A stretch of 32,000 nt of DNA from an uncultured bacterium (GTDB lineage: Bacteria > Margulisbacteria > WOR-1 > CAVSGV01), in the NCBI GenBank assembly GCA_963699255.1, contig OY969425.1, positions 1,350,001 to 1,382,000 of the forward strand, given 5' to 3'. A program made the translations under genes and the position numbers. Shown here one piece after another: positions 28,301 to 32,000 of this stretch (within the stretch, counting starts at the first letter, position 1; each line of letters opens with the position of its first letter). The notes beneath the pieces were generated by a model. That model was not told the DNA's origin. It saw nothing but the letters and a program-made list of their open reading frames with translations, and made no database searches.

Positions 28301-28809
28301 AGATCAAAAAGACATCTCGAACCCGGAACATCGGGATTTTTCTGATCGTAGGGATTTGCTCGTTATGTTTTGCAGCCTTATTGTCAGGGTGCTCGGTCCC
28401 GAGCAAGGACGCACATGTATACTTCTTTCAAAATGAAAAGCTCGTTCCGGTCAGCAGGGAGCTCCCCACAAATGAAAACCCGGTCATGATAGCAATAGAC
28501 CAGCTTCTGCGCGGGCCGAATGAACAGGAGGCCGCGAACGGTTTTACAACAAAGATCCCGGCCGGCACGCGCTCAAGGAATGTGGATGTGGAAGGGCACA
28601 CCGCTATCATCGATTTTAACAGCACGCTCGTGGAATTTGATGGCGGCACTGATGAGGCAAAAGGGATAGTCGCACAAATTGTTTACACGGCGACAGGCGC
28701 AGGGGGAGTCAGGCAAGTTATTTTAAAGCTGCAGGGAAGCGACCAGTTCATCATGGGGCCGGGCTATATGATCGACCATCCGCTGACAAGGGATGATGCT
28801 AAGATTTAA
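28297..28809 (+). CDS. Lipoprotein with a GerMN-like domain
   Basis: 170 aa. Lipobox [22 protein letters not shown]...[25 protein letters not shown]...[13 protein letters not shown]...QIVYTAT matches the GerMN pattern. ATGA overlap with gyrA. Confidence 0.7.
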   Translation: MKIKKTSRTRNIGIFLIVGICSLCFAALLSGCSVPSKDAHVYFFQNEKLVPVSRELPTNENPVMIAIDQLLRGPNEQEAANGFTTKIPAGTRSRNVDVEGHTAIIDFNSTLVEFDGGTDEAKGIVAQIVYTATGAGGVRQVILKLQGSDQFIMGPGYMIDHPLTRDDAKI

Positions 28810-29164
28810 ATACTGGATCCCCGCTATTTTGTACATGGCCCTCATATTTTACCTGTCAACCAGGCCCGCTCCCAATGAACTCAGGCGCCTGCCGATCATC
28901 GCAAAGCTTAAGGTCGTGCACATTATCGAATACGGCATTTTGTATCTTTTCGTATGGTACGCTATCATCAAGACCACCGCTTATAACAAACTGGAAGCGT
29001 TCGCCCTTGCCCTAATGGTCACGGTATTGTACGGCCTGACCGACGAGTTCCACCAAATATTCGTTATTGATAGGACGGCAAGACTCGCGGATGTAGTGGC
29101 GGATGGGGTGGGGGGAGCCTTAACTCAGGCGGGAATATCAATTTCAAGGAATTACCGTCGCTGA
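28793..29164 (+). CDS. VanZ-like membrane protein
   Basis: 123 aa with four hydrophobic segments. YMALIFYLS...HIIEYGILY...YGLTDEFHQIFVIDRTARLADVVADGVG matches the VanZ family. Confidence 0.7.
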   Translation: MMLRFKYWIPAILYMALIFYLSTRPAPNELRRLPIIAKLKVVHIIEYGILYLFVWYAIIKTTAYNKLEAFALALMVTVLYGLTDEFHQIFVIDRTARLADVVADGVGGALTQAGISISRNYRR

Positions 29165-29251
29165 TCTATTGAGCCCATCTTCCAGCTAAAGCTACCCTTT
29201 TTATCGAAATTCCTCTCTAAATTTGACGATATATATTATAGGGGAGAAATA

Positions 29252-30385
29252 ATGCCTACTGTAATATCTGATATCCATGATTATAATTCTTTATACAGCG
29301 CCTACATGCGGCTAAAAAATGAGGGCGACCACTCAACTTCAGCTAAAAATGCAAAAGCTATCTTTGGCCAAAAGGTAGACATAGACGGCGACAGCACTGC
29401 CGAGTTGTGGGAGTTCATGCAGAAAGCTAATGAGGCCCAGAACAGGATCATTTTTGCCGAAATAGAACCGCTTAAAACAGTTCAAAACAACAAATACCCG
29501 CAGATATCTGATGACAATCCCATTAATATTGTATTATCTATTGAGAGCGAAATAACGGGGGAAGAGAAAACAGCAAATACCTACGCCCTGATAAATGACA
29601 TAATTAAAGCAGCAAAAGAGAAGATCCCAGACGAGATGAGCCCGGTCGAAAAACTTCAGAAGTTATATTGCATTATCCGGGACGACTTCAATATTCAAGC
29701 TAAAGATGGACTCTTCCAGTTATCAGAAGGGCTTGTTAAAGAGAATAAAGCTGCGAATTGTGTTTTGAGCAGTTATATTTACATTGCCGTCGCGCATGAA
29801 ATGGGGTGGCCGTTATATTATGCGTCCAGCGAAAGACACGCCTTTGTTTACTGGAAAATTGACGAAAGCAAATATTTTGGTTTTGAAACTACAAATGGAG
29901 GCGGGGTGAGCGCTAAAGCTTGCAATCTCATAAGACGGGAAGCAAAATTCGCTCTTAGTAACGGCATTAACCGCCTTATTGCTGACACCTTCAACAATCG
30001 TGGGCTTGTATATAATATGTCAGGCGAAAAAGGCAGGGCAATCGATGATTACGGGAATGCAATCAATTTGAAGCCTGATGACCCAGACAGCTACAATAAT
30101 CGTGGAGTTGCATACGATGAACAAGGCAAATTTGACCTGGCGATCAAAGATTACAGCAGCGCCATTGAGTTATCGGGAACTGAACCAGACTTCTATGGTA
30201 ATCGCGGTTTCGCATATTTTGAGTCAGGCATATATGACAAGGCAATTGACGATTACAGTATGGTCATTAAATTAAAACCTGAGGAACCAGACACCTACAA
30301 ACATCGTGGAGATGCGTATTATGAGCTAGGCAAGTATAAATTGGCTGAAGAAGACTTTGAAATGGCCCGAAAATTATCGAAATAG
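29252..30385 (+). CDS. Transglutaminase-like (SirB1/YchA-type) N-terminal domain plus four C-terminal TPR repeats
   Basis: 377 aa. NCVLSSYIYIAVAHEMGWPLYYASSERHAFVYW resembles the Cys...His core of transglutaminase-like folds. TPR units repeat as AIDDY..AI.L.P..PD.Y.NRG.AY. SD GGGGAG. Confidence 0.7.
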   Translation: MPTVISDIHDYNSLYSAYMRLKNEGDHSTSAKNAKAIFGQKVDIDGDSTAELWEFMQKANEAQNRIIFAEIEPLKTVQNNKYPQISDDNPINIVLSIESEITGEEKTANTYALINDIIKAAKEKIPDEMSPVEKLQKLYCIIRDDFNIQAKDGLFQLSEGLVKENKAANCVLSSYIYIAVAHEMGWPLYYASSERHAFVYWKIDESKYFGFETTNGGGVSAKACNLIRREAKFALSNGINRLIADTFNNRGLVYNMSGEKGRAIDDYGNAINLKPDDPDSYNNRGVAYDEQGKFDLAIKDYSSAIELSGTEPDFYGNRGFAYFESGIYDKAIDDYSMVIKLKPEEPDTYKHRGDAYYELGKYKLAEEDFEMARKLSK

Positions 30386-30395
30386 TCTCTTAAAC

Positions 30396-31724
30396 CTATT
30401 TGACCAAGCTTGCCAATCTATCAATATCTGTTTTTTTGACCATCTCTGTTACGGCTATAAGCATGTGATTTTTTAGCTCAGGATAGAACCTGCCCAGATC
30501 AAGCCCCCCGACAATATTATTCTCAAGCAGTTTCTTATTTATTTGATCCACAGGCCTTGCTGTTTTTATCACAAACTCCTTGAATGACGAGGCTTTGAAG
30601 GCAACGAACTTCGAAAGTTGTTTTTTCGCGTAGTTCGTTTTCTGCAGGCACTGATCGGCAACTTCCCTTAGGCCGGATTTTCCCATTGTCGCCAGGTAAA
30701 CCGTCGCCGCCAGCGCGCAAAGGGCTTCGTTAGAGCAGATATTCGAAAAAGCTTTTTCCCTCCTGATGTGCTGCTCTCTTGCCTGTATCGTCAGCACATA
30801 ACCGCGCCGGCCTTTTGTGTCAACGGTCTCCCCGACGATCCTGCCGGGCATTAACCGGAGATATTCTTTCTTCACGGCGAAGATCCCTAGATACGGCCCG
30901 CCAAAATTCTGGGGGAGGCCAAGCGACTGGCCTTCGCCCGTGACGACATCAGCGCCAATATCACCGGGGCGCTTGAGAATTCCGAGAGAGATGGGGTCGA
31001 CAGAAACTACCGATAACACCCCTTTGGATCTGGCGAGTTTCGAAAAAGCCTCAAGGTCTTCAGGGCATCCGAAGAAATTGGGATTAGCTAATATTATACA
31101 AGCGGTCCGGTCCGACAGCTTCTTGCCGGCCTCGGCAAAGTCAGATGTGCCAAGGGATTGCTGGTATCCGAACTCAATGGCTTCCCAGCCTGCCCCCGCT
31201 GCGTATGTATCCAGAACTTTCCTGTAATTCGGGTTCACGGCTTTTGAGACAAGGACTTCCTTTCTTCCCGTAAAGTGCACCGCCAGGGACGCGGCTTCGG
31301 CCAGAGACGTTGCCCCGTCATACATGGAAGCGTTCGCGGCATCCATTCCGGTCAAGGCGCAGATCAATGATTGATACTCGAAGATAGACTGCAGCATTCC
31401 CTGGCTTATTTCCGGCTGGTATGGCGTATATGAGGTGTAAAATTCGGACTTATTGATTATATGGCTGACAGTGCTGGGAATAAAATGATTGTAAGCTCCT
31501 CCCCCAAGGAAGGAAACAAGCTCTTTAGAGTTCTTATTCTGTTTGGCGAGATCTTCCAGCGATTCTTTAAGCTCGGTCTCGGACATTCCCTGTGGAGGGA
31601 CCGTCCCGACGCTATTTATCCTTACTTTGCCTGGAATGACCCTGAAGAGATCTTCGATGCTTTTGGCTCCGGAGGCGGATAGCATGCGCTCCTGATCGGC
31701 TTTGGTGTTTGGGGTATAACGCAT
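30396..31724 (-). CDS. gcvPA: Glycine dehydrogenase (decarboxylating) subunit 1, GcvPA
   Basis: 442 aa. MRYTPNTKADQERML..., SFLGGGAYNHFIP, YTPYQPEISQGMLQSIFEYQ. Confidence 0.9.
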   Translation of the reverse strand: MRYTPNTKADQERMLSASGAKSIEDLFRVIPGKVRINSVGTVPPQGMSETELKESLEDLAKQNKNSKELVSFLGGGAYNHFIPSTVSHIINKSEFYTSYTPYQPEISQGMLQSIFEYQSLICALTGMDAANASMYDGATSLAEAASLAVHFTGRKEVLVSKAVNPNYRKVLDTYAAGAGWEAIEFGYQQSLGTSDFAEAGKKLSDRTACIILANPNFFGCPEDLEAFSKLARSKGVLSVVSVDPISLGILKRPGDIGADVVTGEGQSLGLPQNFGGPYLGIFAVKKEYLRLMPGRIVGETVDTKGRRGYVLTIQAREQHIRREKAFSNICSNEALCALAATVYLATMGKSGLREVADQCLQKTNYAKKQLSKFVAFKASSFKEFVIKTARPVDQINKKLLENNIVGGLDLGRFYPELKNHMLIAVTEMVKKTDIDRLASLVK

Positions 31725-31730
31725 TCGGAA

Positions 31731-32000
31731 CTACTTTTTAAGCAAAGCTTCGTAATCAGATGCGGAAAGAAGCTTGTCCAGGTCGGAGGGATTCGCCATT
31801 TTTACTTTTATCATCCAACCTTCTCCATACGGGTCGCTGTTAACGGCTTCGGGCTTTGAAGAGAGGTTTGAATTAACCTCCGTCACCTCGCCGGATACGG
31901 GGCAGTAAAGCGTTGAGACGGTTTTTACCGATTCAACGACGCCGAACTCCTTCATCGAACTGTATTTTGTGCCGATCTTTGGAAGTTCCACGTAGACAAT
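31731..32000 (-). CDS. gcvH: Glycine cleavage system H protein (N-terminus beyond window edge)
   Basis: VVESVKTVSTLYCPVSGEV contains the lipoyl-lysine motif, and DPYGEGWMIKV is present. The reading frame continues open to position 32000 (..IVYVELPKIG). Confidence 0.9.
   Translation of the reverse strand: MVYVELPKIGTKYSSMKEFGVVESVKTVSTLYCPVSGEVTEVNSNLSSKPEAVNSDPYGEGWMIKVKMANPSDLDKLLSASDYEALLKK

Noticed and set aside
29165-29251. TTGACG hexamer at 29224 as the -35 of the TPR-gene promoter
   Set aside because: No acceptable -10 hexamer sits at a 16-18 nt spacing, so I am not confident enough to annotate it.

Overview
This window is an origin-of-replication-proximal chromosomal segment from a diderm, LPS-producing bacterium, roughly mid-GC by eye. 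I cannot assign a lineage from the sequence alone. Gene orientation flips at about 18.85-19.2 kb. To the left almost everything is on the minus strand: rpmH-rnpA-yidD-yidC-jag-mnmE, folD, a DUF2779 nuclease, a DegT aminotransferase, a Gfo/Idh/MocA oxidoreductase, rseP, mnmG, then a lipid A cluster skp-lpxD-GT4-beta-barrel-lpxC-fabZ::lpxA-lpxB. To the right is the classic plus-strand block dnaA-dnaN-recF-DUF721(DciA-like)-gyrB-gyrA, then a GerMN lipoprotein, VanZ, a transglutaminase-like/TPR protein, and convergent gcvPA-gcvH. Non-coding signals I read directly include six perfect DnaA boxes, two perfect 16-bp parS sites, and a consensus sigma70 promoter for rpmH. The DnaA-box-like sites and AT-rich tract in the dnaA-dnaN spacer suggest a bipartite oriC. 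I found no tRNA, rRNA, CRISPR array or transposase. The items most worth follow-up are listed here. (1) An uncharacterised Cas4-like plus DEDDy exonuclease (DUF2779) gene sits beside a divergent AbrB-like mini-regulator and a palindromic operator. (2) An AT-rich, opposite-strand two-gene cassette (unknown 125-aa protein plus a Cys-rich 89-aa protein) lies where bamA sits in the canonical rseP-bamA-skp-lpxD arrangement. (3) The lipid A locus has unusual architecture: a FabZ-LpxA fusion, a GT4 and beta-barrel insertion, and an apparent GnnB-GnnA-like aminotransferase-oxidoreductase fusion broken by a 1-nt frameshift. None of these could be checked against databases. Family calls rest on motifs I recognise in the translations.
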